DNA from: a virus
Virus record (IMG/VR): IMGVR_UViG_3300005077_000003
Location: 64,001 to 128,000 of that record
DNA length: 64,000 nt
Reading direction: 5' to 3' (one strand)
Position numbers and translations under genes: made by a program. The notes below the pieces were generated by a model that saw nothing but the letters and a program-made list of their open reading frames with translations, was not told the origin of the DNA and ran no database searches. Shown here in pieces: positions 27,601-37,407 of the stretch. Each line of letters begins with the position of its first letter. Position 1 is the stretch's first letter.

Positions 27601-30600
27601 TTGTAAATGATTTACTTGATCAATACAGTAAGCAAAGGGGGGTTGATAGAACCGAAGTAATAAAAAAAGATTCATCATATAGAGCTGAATTTGAAAAGCA
27701 TATTAGAGATATACTTGATGGTAAAATAGAAAATTACAGTGATTATGATTTTAACAAAATATTGACCCCATTCTTAATTGGTACTAATATAAATGCTCCA
27801 GTAGCAAAGTGGAAATCATATTCAAGCGTTATTGGCGAAGGTATATCCAGAGGAATACTTAAAGGTGCTGGAGCAAACGTAGACTTGTCATCGTTTTTAG
27901 ATAATACATTAGTAACAACTGAAAATGGTGGTGTTACTCTTTCATGTGCAAATAGAGATGAAGAAAGAGTATCTATGTTAAAAATTATGCAGCGAGTCGC
28001 TGATAATTCATACTCTATGATAAGAGCATTCCCAACTATGAGATTATATCTTATAGAATTTCTTGGGCCTAGAATAATAGTACAAGATAACTTTTGGGGA
28101 TATAATGCTATTATATCTATGGACATAACTCTTGATAAAAATGATGCAGATCTAGCTGTAATAAGAATAGCCGACCCCTTCCACATATTACAAGGTTCCG
28201 CATTTGGTTCTGAATGGGCTGGTGGAGATACTGTGGTTGATCATATAGCTGTTCCAGTAACAAATGATGATCCATCACAAGGAAATATACTAGAAAGAAT
28301 AAAACTAAAAGTTGGTAGAGCAATTCAGATACGCGGCGGCTATTGCGTGGACGATAGGACCGAAATTCTCACACAAAGAGGATGGCTTACAAAGGACGAG
28401 TTAAAGGTTGGCGATATGTCTCTAACTCTCAACCACAATACCGGCTTATCTGAATGGCAGCCAGTAAAAGAGATCCACGTTTTTCAGCATGATGGCCCAA
28501 TGGTCTCTATAGATGGCAATAGGCATTCGTCTCTAACAACTTTAGGGCACAAATGGCCCGTCATCTATAAATCCAGAATGATAAATAGAAAGACCATCAA
28601 AAAGGTTAGAGAGTGGACTACTTCTGAGAAATTAAATGGCGCCCACATTCTTATCGGCGGGGCGAAGCATAATAGCGATATAAAAGAAAAAGTATATAGC
28701 GATGCCTTTGTTGAAATAGTAGCATGGTTTTGGACAGAGGGAAATATAAGAAACAATATAGGAATAAAAAGGGCTCCTATTATTAGGATATCTCAATCTC
28801 CTACTGCTAATCCAGATAATGTAAAAAGAATAAGTGCAGCTCTGGAAAATGAGTTTGGTAAACCAAGTGATAATATTAGTTCTGGTAATAGAATATCTCT
28901 GGGTGTCCCAAAATGGAAATCAAAAAAAAGACGTACTAGGAATGAGATTGTATTTAGTTTGAATAAAGCTGCTTCTGCTTTAATACTAAAGGTTGCACCA
29001 GGCAAGGTAGTGTCTAAAGAGTTCATACTTCAGCTTACCCAAGATCAGCTTGAGCTATTTGTCCAGATCTCTAACAAGGCTGATGGTCACAATAGTAAAT
29101 TAAATGATAAAATACTATTGTCACAAAAAAATCCTAAGTTTTTAGATGCGCTGGAGCTCGCAGCTATTCTCGCAGGATATAGAACTCATAGATACTTTGC
29201 AAAAGCAAGCTGTCAAGATCGTAGAGGTAACTGGTATCATCCTGATAGACTAAACATAAGCCCTAAAGTCAACATTTGGGTTGATACTTCTAGACCTGAA
29301 GTAGTAAACTACAAAGGCATTGTATGGTGCCCAACAACAAAAAATCATTCGTGGATGGCACGCAGAAATGGACACTGCTATTTTACCGGGAACAGTAGTG
29401 ATCCTGAAAACTTAGATATTATATTTACAGGTAGAGTAGCTGAAGTAGAATATGGAGATATCATAACTATAGCGGCACAAGGCTGGAAGTCAGAACTATT
29501 AGGTAGAACAGTAGAATTCCAGCTTAATAATAGGAATGAAAGTTCTGTTAAAGATTTAGTTGTAACGACTATTCAAAAAGCTTCTCCAGGAGGAATTGGA
29601 GAAGAATACTCTGGCAAAGTCACTGACGTTCTTACTTCAATAGGAGGTAATCTGCCAGCATCTCAAGCTATATTTAACTCACTACTAAACAGTAGCGGGA
29701 CTGCCGTAGGAGTCCCAGGTTCTGGCGGGACAGCTGGTATAGGTACTATTATAGGCAGCTGGAGATTCCTTAAAAATCTAGGGATGGGCCTAGATACTAG
29801 GCTAAGAAACATATGGATACCAGATAAAGACAGGACGCGACTTGACTATTTTGCAGATATATCTGATACAGGTTGGGAAGGCAAACACTGGGTATTCCCG
29901 CCTACGGATGCGTGGGAGATATTACAAAAAGCCACTAATTATACATGGAGATATATTTGTCAAGTAGTACCATATGAAGGAGAAGCCACATTATTTTTTG
30001 GGAGACCAGATCAACTCTATTACCATAGAGACGTAGATACTCGCCAATATCAAGCACAGGATAAAAGAAGAACTGCTTATAAAACAGAGTTGACAAAACT
30101 AATATCTGAAGTGATTGAACAATGGTATTCTACGTTAAACCCTGTTGTATCAAATAAATATTCTGATGGATATGAAAATCCAGGCGTAACGCTTCCCGCC
30201 CTTAATAGAAATTCGTATTATCCTTTATTTAAAGCTAGCTTCTATAAAAATTCAATATGGGATGTATTTAAATCATATAAAGACTTAGCAACCATATATA
30301 AAGTAGAAAATAGCTGGATTGCTCAAGCATCAAAGGACATATTAAATGTAGATGTTTATAATGATTTTGAAACTATTATAGAGTATTTTGGTGATCCAAT
30401 AATCATATCTAAGTTACTTCTTGTAGAGTTCTATGGGCTTAATTATGATTATGTAGAACAATATTTAGAACCTTATGTTTTATCATCTGTTATAGCTAGA
30501 AAGCTAACTGAAAATGACCTAATATCACTAAAGAATACTTTAGTTGAAGAAACTAATAATAACAAAGTTAGTGATGTTTTAGAAAAAATAAGTGCTTTAC

Positions 30601-32504
30601 CACAACAAAAAATTATTGAGGCTCAAGAGTTTTTTAAATCAATTCCTCAATCTGTAAGAGATATTAGGATAATATCAGTAGAACCAGGAGGTAGGTTTGA
30701 AAACAATATAATAGTTAAACTTGAAGAGTATGATAGTGATTTAGATAGCTATATTAATAAAACTAATGATTTTATTAATTATGTACGGAAAACTTCAGTT
30801 GAAAATCCACATTCTATAGCCTCAATACAATTACGGAATCATCTTTTCAGAGATAAATATATTTCTGTACCATCAAATGCTAAAACTAAATTACATTATG
30901 ATATATTGGCTGTTTTATCTGTAGGTTCTACATTTGGTAGAATTATACATATAGCAGAAGAATATGCTAGACTAAACTATAATCAACAGAACTTAGTAGA
31001 TACTGTCAATATAGCGCAGAAATTTATTCCGCTATCTAACTCTCCTTCTATATTATCAAAAGATAATCTTGGTGATACTAAAGATACGTCAGAGTATATA
31101 ATATACTATATGCCATTATACAAAGTATTTATACATAGTTTTGCCGAATTCTTAAGAAGATCATCAAGTAGTGGAAATACTAATGTAATTGACCCAATTA
31201 ATAAATTTAGATCTATTAGCACATTCCCGTTTGATAAAGCACTAAACATGAAAGTGTTTAGGGATTATCATTATATTAATAACTATGATGATATTATAGA
31301 AAACAATATATCAGCAAGCACCAGAGAAATGTTTAATACAGTCTTGTTGAGACATCCTGGTGACTTAGAAACTACGAACTCTAATTGGTATGATATATCA
31401 GATTTTTTTGGCAGTGGAAGGCAGAACTTTGATTCTGTAGAAATATCTGGTGATACAGAATGGCGCACATGGCCAGAGTCAAAAGACTATGGGCAAATAG
31501 GGCTGCAATTCCAACCAAACATAATACTACAAGAAAAGAAGGTCGCAGTATATAGTGATCTAAACGTTCATAGGAGGGACCAAGCTTCTAAGGTAGCTAC
31601 TAATGTTCTTGCAAAAGTAATGCGCCCAATGTATAGGGATAATTTGCTTATACTTGGTAGAGTTATAAAACCATGGGATGTAATATATCTTAAAGATGAC
31701 TATAATGATATGTATGGCCCACTAGAAGTAGAAAGGGTAGTACATCATTATAGTGCAGAAACTGGATGGGTAACCAATATAGTTCCCCACTTAATGTGTG
31801 AAGCGAACCCCGGCAATAGTGCTGTGCAAATTGCTTTGTTTAATAATAAAATAGATAAAATATTTAATCTAGTTGATTACGGCCTTTGGGCGTTGACAAT
31901 AGCATCAATGGGATCTGCCTTAGGAGTAGCTGGCATTGCAGGAATAGCCAAGAGCTCATATGCTGCCGGTTCAAATAGTTTTAAATATATTCTTGGTAAT
32001 CTGCTAGGAAGTAAACTAAAGACGGAAGCAACAAAAGCCGGAGTGACTTCTGTTACTGCTGCAGCTGCAGGACAGTTTACTAAAAGATCTTTGTTCCCAG
32101 TATTAGGAAGAGAAATTGCTGGGAATATTACAATTAAATCAATAGGAGTACAACTAAAAACTCTTGGTATCGCATTAGGAGAAGTTAGCCCAGCATTCTT
32201 AAAATCATATGTAAAATATAATTTAATTGGATCATATGTAGCTGGAGCAATATCAAGATTGCTTATTCAGAATGCTCAAGTTGGTAATAAGGCTCTACCT
32301 ATAACAATGATGCCACTTATCTTTAAGGGCGCTCCACTAGAGGCTGGTTTAAATAGTACTGATTACGGATATTGGTCATTATCATCTAAAATACATTGGG
32401 CTTATAAAGACTTTACTTCAACCGTAGGACGATTGTTCCACGAGCTAACATCTCCAAATGCAGACTCACAAGAGTATAATATAATTAAGGAGTTATCTAA
32501 ATAA
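24663..32504 (+). CDS. Giant baseplate hub-like protein (gp27/VgrG-type region) containing an intein; 2613 aa precursor, 2263 aa after splicing
   Basis: Hub-like motifs IRAFPTMRLYLIE...NFWGYNAIISMDI...IQIRGGY|SSDPENLDIIFTGRVAEV...ITIAAQGWKSEL, WEILQKA...QVVPYEGEATLFFGRPDQLY and LIILGRVIKPWDVIYLKDDYNDMYGPLEVERVVHHYSAETGWVTNIVP. Located between tape-measure region and wedge genes. Confidence 0.7.
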   Translation: MTLNIFDETGIERSEQTLTSEQLAAAHASTRNLGTPIRSTYNTPSTNRNNPVLPPIKHTVYGKNPGSLAAKDQTFLQIGPHIYGGEVQDIQILENKAVAQFLGVRTSADFLVDSGDGDANIVISLLFSGVEHIYSGLVPLIALFKISPLTSIKNEMITSSLSNEFVDNIADGATKLALDKADEIINKASLYEASSIFIENIRPYYDGILPQVVNLEFFNSFRNNQDYNKLPMWGYYNWDTYDDFINYKALPRYSNSEKLKLASSEEYTEKLKKKLVNRKPSNFVPVAFTDITIQTHTELSDTLIARLVFKRVDVSAYSSTSLLYRSANNTPTDDPLNAYWLRRMLDLYINKYLDKSYVFANMGDGISEEVSLRFAGNDIVLNIFKKEYNLNNLVVQDTGSNRDSVVMQMQIAYGNKFSFVRRAGTSFPTAQFMGYGSGTCAMAIKTKSAEKFKSIHAYKSAADFFIRTQDRFDRFTGWEIRSSIVKMFNTSSLPNSLPNKPAEFKSAWYPIQVQSSTDPDYPNVKNISITFKETNPDFYSDFGFSVYRKGYRLDNLRDFFNEIWDRAVRYRKGEGDSLDITAHTAVFGTGDPYELEYSMVNEDTIAAVFYNAYRFNTKSQYFSPEANDISEKLFSRLMYSKKFSGFEGSSVTLPEHLNNELGEILSPFELTSDFELNNETFANLATLVADYYFDVDDTDVYNGLVNAINKVASGESGRRSLYSYIYQHMDILMNNEFRDSLFAVIARRPKPEVNEHQYSLHGLSSAFSTLSLVLEAKGKELLSDESYSALSQTKRDETKIILDSNNTQSRTETATAYPDYFRATYGELFNVVDGNPLYWKNFAPTFQDMGIINADPKFLEKYDSFTESSVKDAQNQTIATIDSPVPPSIIFYHERLLDKEFMHQVDEDVSNYHDKLSKMRMYISFDIQKVLKDEYGRYLGENENFDQSKIDGLADVIEKGLQKQNSSKSRQDYIKSGGLLVNDLLDQYSKQRGVDRTEVIKKDSSYRAEFEKHIRDILDGKIENYSDYDFNKILTPFLIGTNINAPVAKWKSYSSVIGEGISRGILKGAGANVDLSSFLDNTLVTTENGGVTLSCANRDEERVSMLKIMQRVADNSYSMIRAFPTMRLYLIEFLGPRIIVQDNFWGYNAIISMDITLDKNDADLAVIRIADPFHILQGSAFGSEWAGGDTVVDHIAVPVTNDDPSQGNILERIKLKVGRAIQIRGGYCVDDRTEILTQRGWLTKDELKVGDMSLTLNHNTGLSEWQPVKEIHVFQHDGPMVSIDGNRHSSLTTLGHKWPVIYKSRMINRKTIKKVREWTTSEKLNGAHILIGGAKHNSDIKEKVYSDAFVEIVAWFWTEGNIRNNIGIKRAPIIRISQSPTANPDNVKRISAALENEFGKPSDNISSGNRISLGVPKWKSKKRRTRNEIVFSLNKAASALILKVAPGKVVSKEFILQLTQDQLELFVQISNKADGHNSKLNDKILLSQKNPKFLDALELAAILAGYRTHRYFAKASCQDRRGNWYHPDRLNISPKVNIWVDTSRPEVVNYKGIVWCPTTKNHSWMARRNGHCYFTGNSSDPENLDIIFTGRVAEVEYGDIITIAAQGWKSELLGRTVEFQLNNRNESSVKDLVVTTIQKASPGGIGEEYSGKVTDVLTSIGGNLPASQAIFNSLLNSSGTAVGVPGSGGTAGIGTIIGSWRFLKNLGMGLDTRLRNIWIPDKDRTRLDYFADISDTGWEGKHWVFPPTDAWEILQKATNYTWRYICQVVPYEGEATLFFGRPDQLYYHRDVDTRQYQAQDKRRTAYKTELTKLISEVIEQWYSTLNPVVSNKYSDGYENPGVTLPALNRNSYYPLFKASFYKNSIWDVFKSYKDLATIYKVENSWIAQASKDILNVDVYNDFETIIEYFGDPIIISKLLLVEFYGLNYDYVEQYLEPYVLSSVIARKLTENDLISLKNTLVEETNNNKVSDVLEKISALPQQKIIEAQEFFKSIPQSVRDIRIISVEPGGRFENNIIVKLEEYDSDLDSYINKTNDFINYVRKTSVENPHSIASIQLRNHLFRDKYISVPSNAKTKLHYDILAVLSVGSTFGRIIHIAEEYARLNYNQQNLVDTVNIAQKFIPLSNSPSILSKDNLGDTKDTSEYIIYYMPLYKVFIHSFAEFLRRSSSSGNTNVIDPINKFRSISTFPFDKALNMKVFRDYHYINNYDDIIENNISASTREMFNTVLLRHPGDLETTNSNWYDISDFFGSGRQNFDSVEISGDTEWRTWPESKDYGQIGLQFQPNIILQEKKVAVYSDLNVHRRDQASKVATNVLAKVMRPMYRDNLLILGRVIKPWDVIYLKDDYNDMYGPLEVERVVHHYSAETGWVTNIVPHLMCEANPGNSAVQIALFNNKIDKIFNLVDYGLWALTIASMGSALGVAGIAGIAKSSYAAGSNSFKYILGNLLGSKLKTEATKAGVTSVTAAAAGQFTKRSLFPVLGREIAGNITIKSIGVQLKTLGIALGEVSPAFLKSYVKYNLIGSYVAGAISRLLIQNAQVGNKALPITMMPLIFKGAPLEAGLNSTDYGYWSLSSKIHWAYKDFTSTVGRLFHELTSPNADSQEYNIIKELSK
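28344..29393 (+). mobile_element. Intein (350 aa) with LAGLIDADG homing endonuclease
   Basis: Starts CVDDRTEILTQRGW (block A); LTTLGHKW (block B, T-x2-H); EIVAWFWTEG and LFVQISNKADG (LAGLIDADG-like blocks); ends IVWCPTTKNHSWMARRNGHCYFTGN followed by Ser at +1. Confidence 0.93.
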
Positions 32505-32507
32505 GAT

Positions 32508-33221
32508 ATGTCAGTAGATAATGAAAGAAGGTTTGAGTTATGGCCAGGCTTATCATATGAGCTATTGCCAGAAAAAATACTTAATTTTGTATTCCATCCT
32601 CTTGTAAGAGGTAAGATACTTGGGCTATTTTCTGGTACTGAAGGTGTATTTGAAGAGAATAGAAAATATATATACTGGAATACCCAATTTGGTGTGGCCG
32701 CAAAAAGCTCTAGCGATGAACTAATATTTCTTGGCGCCAGCTCTTCTGATATAAAATCAATAGTAAATACTATGAAGTTTTTAAACATAGAAGGTTTACT
32801 ATCAAATAGCAGCGATTACATAAGAGATGCCAGCATTGAAGATATTAGTAACTCTACTTATACAACTGATTTTATCAAAAAGACTATTAATATTGCTATA
32901 ACAGAAATAGGCAAAAGGATATCTCTTGTAACAGCTGCAAATTACGGATCAAAGGATTCAGCTTTGTTTATAACTGATCATACATCTCCTGGTAATGGTA
33001 TTCAGCCAATAAAAAGGCTAACTGGATTTTATTCTAAAGATACTAATAAAGGGAAAATAATAGCATATTCTCATTTTACTGGGTCAAACAGATCAAATGT
33101 ATCTGATTCACACGCTGGAAGAATAAAAGATTCTGTGGCCCATATATCTAACCAAGAATTTACAGGCCCATTTGCAGAAGCAAAAATGAGATATCTTATG
33201 TATAAGGATACCCATGAGTAA
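32508..33221 (+). CDS. Hypothetical baseplate-region protein
   Basis: 237-aa ORF tightly packed after the hub gene; no motif recognised. Confidence 0.65.
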   Translation: MSVDNERRFELWPGLSYELLPEKILNFVFHPLVRGKILGLFSGTEGVFEENRKYIYWNTQFGVAAKSSSDELIFLGASSSDIKSIVNTMKFLNIEGLLSNSSDYIRDASIEDISNSTYTTDFIKKTINIAITEIGKRISLVTAANYGSKDSALFITDHTSPGNGIQPIKRLTGFYSKDTNKGKIIAYSHFTGSNRSNVSDSHAGRIKDSVAHISNQEFTGPFAEAKMRYLMYKDTHE

Positions 33222-33681
33222 TTTTGTAGCAAACCTATATCCAGATATTAATGGATATACACCAGCAGATATAACCAATTGGTTGGTTGCATCTACTGAT
33301 GGCAAATTAATGGTATTGTCTCCAAACAGCGGGAAGACGGTTCCGGTCCTACAGGTTGGTGGCGCAGATAGTGAACTAGTATCACAAGCAGATAGTGAAA
33401 CAGAAGGCACTGTAGACAAGAATTACTCTAAAGAAGGATTAAGGACTAATCCATTATCACTGTTCCCATCATCATTTTTTACTCCTATCCCACCACAATT
33501 AAGCGCGCTTCTTCCTGGTCCTCTATCTGTTATAAGTAATCCAAATTTATTGGTTACTATATTAGCCATATCTGCTGCTGCAACAAAGGATGAAGTAAAA
33601 TATAGTTATAATGTAAAAACTTTACCAATTAAAGTTATTGACAATCAAGATCTTGAAGATAAGTTCTTTGGGAGAGAATAA
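33214..33681 (+). CDS. Hypothetical protein, possible central spike-associated protein
   Basis: 155 aa, between hub and gp25-like gene where spike genes usually lie; Pro-rich C-terminal segment. Function is from position only. Confidence 0.4.
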   Translation: MSNFVANLYPDINGYTPADITNWLVASTDGKLMVLSPNSGKTVPVLQVGGADSELVSQADSETEGTVDKNYSKEGLRTNPLSLFPSSFFTPIPPQLSALLPGPLSVISNPNLLVTILAISAAATKDEVKYSYNVKTLPIKVIDNQDLEDKFFGRE

Positions 33682-34112
33682 TGGCATATAATCAAGTTGA
33701 TATATATATGGGTCTATCTGGAGATTTTCAATTAGGTTCAAATGGCGATATAATGCTTGCAGAATCATTTGAATCAACTAAACAGACAGTGAATTATATT
33801 GCGCGTACTGATAAAGGCGACTATATCCCTGATGGGAGAATTGGCGGGGACTTGGGGACCTTTGTTGGCGATATACTAGATGAAGAAATACTATCTAATA
33901 TGGAGCGCTCATTATCGTCAAATTTATCTAGATTTATTCTAAATGAGAGCGATTTCAAAGTACATTGTATGCCAATATCTATAAACGACGTTGGAGTATT
34001 CATAGTTTTAGGCGGTCAGTATCTTGATAAAGACGGAAATATATTAGATACAGATACAGAAGTTATATCATTCTCCTTCCCATATGCTGAGGGATCATCT
34101 TCTTTAGAGTAA
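33681..34112 (+). CDS. Baseplate wedge gp25/GpW-like protein
   Basis: DIYMGLSGDFQLGSNGDIML...KQTVNYIARTDKGDYIPDGRIGGDLGTFVG matches the gp25 pattern; immediately precedes the gpJ-like gene. Confidence 0.8.
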   Translation: MAYNQVDIYMGLSGDFQLGSNGDIMLAESFESTKQTVNYIARTDKGDYIPDGRIGGDLGTFVGDILDEEILSNMERSLSSNLSRFILNESDFKVHCMPISINDVGVFIVLGGQYLDKDGNILDTDTEVISFSFPYAEGSSSLE

Positions 34113-34118
34113 TATGCC

Positions 34119-35273
34119 ATGAGAGCGCTTAAGACGTACGATCATATGATTGCAGACTCGCTAATTTATTTAGCTGAGAATACTGATATAACATATTTAT
34201 CAGAAGGATCGGTCGCGAGATCTCTAGTAGAAGCTACTATGCTAGAGATTGCTAAAGTACAAGAATATATAGCTGCTGGTTATGCCAATGTTTTTATTAA
34301 CTCAGCTACGGGGACATATCTTGATCTTATAGGGGAGATGGTTGGGACAGCCAGACTTACCAGTGCTAAGTCATCAGTTTCAGCAGAAGATAAAAATATT
34401 AAGTTTAGCGTGGTTTCTGGCGTATTAAGGGACAAATTCCCTCACCCAACTGATTCTACATTAGGACAAATTCCGGCTGGAATTATAATACAAACGTCAG
34501 ATGGTGCAATAAAATTCATTACTTCTGCTGCGATAACCTTCCCAGGAGGCGCCACAGAAGTCTTTGTAAGCGCAGAAGCGGAGGATTATGGCTCCATATA
34601 TAACATAGGTAAATACAGGCTAAATACGCATGATGGGCCGTCTGGAGTAAGCGTCACTAATCTATACCCTATAAGCAATGGCGGATCAGAAGAGAGTGAT
34701 GCCAACTATAGATATAGGCTAAGCAATATATTTGCTGCAGCTCCTTCTTCAAATGCGACATCTATAAGATTAGCCGTAGCTGGGATACCAGATGTTTCGC
34801 GCGTCATTTTAAATGAGTACTCAAGAGGAGCTGGCACTTTTGATGCTATGCTAATTCCTATTGGTAATAAGGTAAGCTCCAGAGCCAGAAGCTTGGCTCA
34901 AGCAGCCGTAAATCACGCATCTGCATTTGGTGTAAGTGCATTTGTAACAGAACCATCTTATTTGCCATTCAAAATAACAATACAATTAATACCAGCTAAT
35001 GGTGCGACAGCAGGTACTGTGGATGTTAATAGAATTAGTGCTAAAAATGCAGTACTTAATTATATGGAAACCATCCCCATTGGTGGAGAGCTTATAATAA
35101 ATAGGCTCCGCGCCGCAGTTATTGACAGCGTAATAAGCCAAATAAAAGACATAAAGATTATTGATATATGCTTAGAAGGTCGTTCTCGCGTAATTAGAAA
35201 TTATCAGCTAGAAAGAAACCAGCTGTTCACACCAGACACAGAATCAGGCAGCGAAGCTGTTGTTATAGTATGA
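34119..35273 (+). CDS. Baseplate J-like wedge protein
   Basis: SEGSVARSLVEA...FINSATGTYLDLIGEMVGTAR...VSAEAEDYGSIYNI...VTNLYPISNGGSEESDANYRYR...GIPDVSRV. Confidence 0.9.
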   Translation: MRALKTYDHMIADSLIYLAENTDITYLSEGSVARSLVEATMLEIAKVQEYIAAGYANVFINSATGTYLDLIGEMVGTARLTSAKSSVSAEDKNIKFSVVSGVLRDKFPHPTDSTLGQIPAGIIIQTSDGAIKFITSAAITFPGGATEVFVSAEAEDYGSIYNIGKYRLNTHDGPSGVSVTNLYPISNGGSEESDANYRYRLSNIFAAAPSSNATSIRLAVAGIPDVSRVILNEYSRGAGTFDAMLIPIGNKVSSRARSLAQAAVNHASAFGVSAFVTEPSYLPFKITIQLIPANGATAGTVDVNRISAKNAVLNYMETIPIGGELIINRLRAAVIDSVISQIKDIKIIDICLEGRSRVIRNYQLERNQLFTPDTESGSEAVVIV

Positions 35274-35752
35274 CAGAGTATTTTAAGTTCTATTTTCCAC
35301 AGTATAACCCTGCAGAATTAACTGGGGCAGTTGGTGGAGCTATTAGTTCAAAAGAACTTGCTTCATCAATAAATGAATTGTTTGTACCAATAGATGTATC
35401 ATCTGGTGGGTACGCATCTGAGTTTTATCAATATAGGAAAATGTGGATCAAGCAAGTTTCGCATACCAGCTATTCTTATTTAAGTATGCAAACTGCAAAT
35501 GTGGAATATAATAGCAGGTTTGCCATAGCAACAGGGAATCACTCAGTAGGTACAGGAACAGCAACAAATGCGCTTACCGCTCCATCAGAAGTAGGGACCT
35601 GGACTTCAAATTTAGGTGCTCAGGTAAACTTATTGACAGGAGCTACCAGCGAATATAATAGTAAATATTGTATCTGGATAAGGCAAAAAATAGTATCAGG
35701 TGATACACCCGATACTATAAATAGCTTAAACATTAGATTAATTGGCTATTAA
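35270..35752 (+). CDS. Baseplate/tail structural protein
   Basis: 160 aa with GGAISS...NELF...YRKMWIK...CIWIRQKI pattern seen in small phage tail proteins; ATGA and TAATG coupled. Confidence 0.5.
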   Translation: MTEYFKFYFPQYNPAELTGAVGGAISSKELASSINELFVPIDVSSGGYASEFYQYRKMWIKQVSHTSYSYLSMQTANVEYNSRFAIATGNHSVGTGTATNALTAPSEVGTWTSNLGAQVNLLTGATSEYNSKYCIWIRQKIVSGDTPDTINSLNIRLIGY

Positions 35753-37404
35753 TGACAGTATCAGAAAACATAGGCGAGTACTATACATATAGTACTTCAT
35801 CACCATTTCTTGGTAATATAACAATATCTACCAAGCTGGTAGATAATTCTATAACATCAATTAAGCCAAGATATGGTTGCCGCGCATATTCTACTCAGAA
35901 GATTATGAACAATCTTCCTGCATGGATGGAAATGCGCAAAAACCATGAGTCAATTGCACAACAATTAACTCACGCATGGGGTAAAGAATTAGATGATACT
36001 ATATCACTATATAATGAGTATAGAGCAAATCAGTTCATAGGTACTTCTGATACCTTCTGTGACATAAGTACTGGTATTTCAGATTTATCTTTTAGTGAAT
36101 ATAAAGTTTATGAACCAAGATTAGTAAACTTATTATTTAACTCATCTTTTAGTATTAAAGGAGCAGCAAGGCTGCAAAAGCCAGAAGGCTGGCATGTTGA
36201 AAGAGATGAATTAAATGCTCTATCTTTTTATACAGAAGATACATTATTTGGAGAGAACTCCCTATTACTCGATGGCTCTATTGGAGAAGTTGTTTTAAAA
36301 CAAAGCAGGGAATATACTCAAAGTGGTGGCTCCCTAAACCTAAGTATATTTGTAAAAACAATTGGTTCTACTGGTTCTACTACTAGTAAAGTACAAGAAC
36401 ATAAAGGTGGAATTATATTAGTACTACAATATGCTGATGGTGAAACAAGGTCGTATGGTATAGGATTCCCTAATAATACACAAGACAAATGGGCGCGCGC
36501 CACTTTCTCTGTAGAGGTAACCAAAAAAATATTTAAGTATGAAGTTCTAATAATAAATAGAACAGCATATATTTATGCAGTAGATCTACCACAGCTTGAA
36601 GTAGGTAAGTCAGCAACTAACTGGACACCTAGCTTATATGATACTCCTATATTCTTAAACTCTAATGTAAGACATATGGCGGCAGTACAAGTATTACTTG
36701 GGAAGTCTGATGGTGCTATAAATAAATTAGAGCTACTAGCAATAAATTCCTCGGATGAATTCAAGGATACTATTATACCAACAAGAATAGAGGCAGCTAC
36801 TATAGTAGATAATCCAAGACATTCATTTAATTTAGAGTATCTACAAGAAGTAACATATGGTAAAGAAGAACTACCCACTAAATGGGTTGTCTATAACAAT
36901 AAAATAAGACAACAAAGCATAACTACTCCAGATGTATATGGAGAAGAAATGCTACCAGTAGATTTATATATGAATGAAGATGGCGTATTATTACTAAATA
37001 CTTATGATGCCGATAATGGTAATATATCAGTATGCGCTTTGACTATATATAACAACTGGATGTTTGTTGTAACTAAAGAATCATATATGGGCAGTACTAA
37101 GTATGTGCTAAAATTTGTAAGACCTGGAAAGCTTACGTATGATGATGTGTACTTGCAATCTTTTGGAGATATAGAACTACCATTAGATTTAGCGGGCAAC
37201 CCACAACTTGATGAACCAGAAGATACAATAACAAGGATAGGTATATGTAAGAATATACCATTTACAATTTTCATAGACACAGATTTAAGAAAGAGATTCT
37301 ACTTCAGCATGAAGTATGATTATACCTATGCTGATTTTAGACAACGTAAACTTTATTGTAGAGAAAATTACGTCGCTAACGGTAGTAGATTACAAGTAGT
37401 GTAG
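35752..37404 (+). CDS. Baseplate structural protein with a CBM4/9-like jelly-roll domain
   Basis: NLLFNSSF...PEGW...LSIFVK...KWARATF...DLPQLEVGKSATNW at about 36127-36624. Confidence 0.55.
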   Translation: MTVSENIGEYYTYSTSSPFLGNITISTKLVDNSITSIKPRYGCRAYSTQKIMNNLPAWMEMRKNHESIAQQLTHAWGKELDDTISLYNEYRANQFIGTSDTFCDISTGISDLSFSEYKVYEPRLVNLLFNSSFSIKGAARLQKPEGWHVERDELNALSFYTEDTLFGENSLLLDGSIGEVVLKQSREYTQSGGSLNLSIFVKTIGSTGSTTSKVQEHKGGIILVLQYADGETRSYGIGFPNNTQDKWARATFSVEVTKKIFKYEVLIINRTAYIYAVDLPQLEVGKSATNWTPSLYDTPIFLNSNVRHMAAVQVLLGKSDGAINKLELLAINSSDEFKDTIIPTRIEAATIVDNPRHSFNLEYLQEVTYGKEELPTKWVVYNNKIRQQSITTPDVYGEEMLPVDLYMNEDGVLLLNTYDADNGNISVCALTIYNNWMFVVTKESYMGSTKYVLKFVRPGKLTYDDVYLQSFGDIELPLDLAGNPQLDEPEDTITRIGICKNIPFTIFIDTDLRKRFYFSMKYDYTYADFRQRKLYCRENYVANGSRLQVV

Positions 37405-37407
37405 ATC

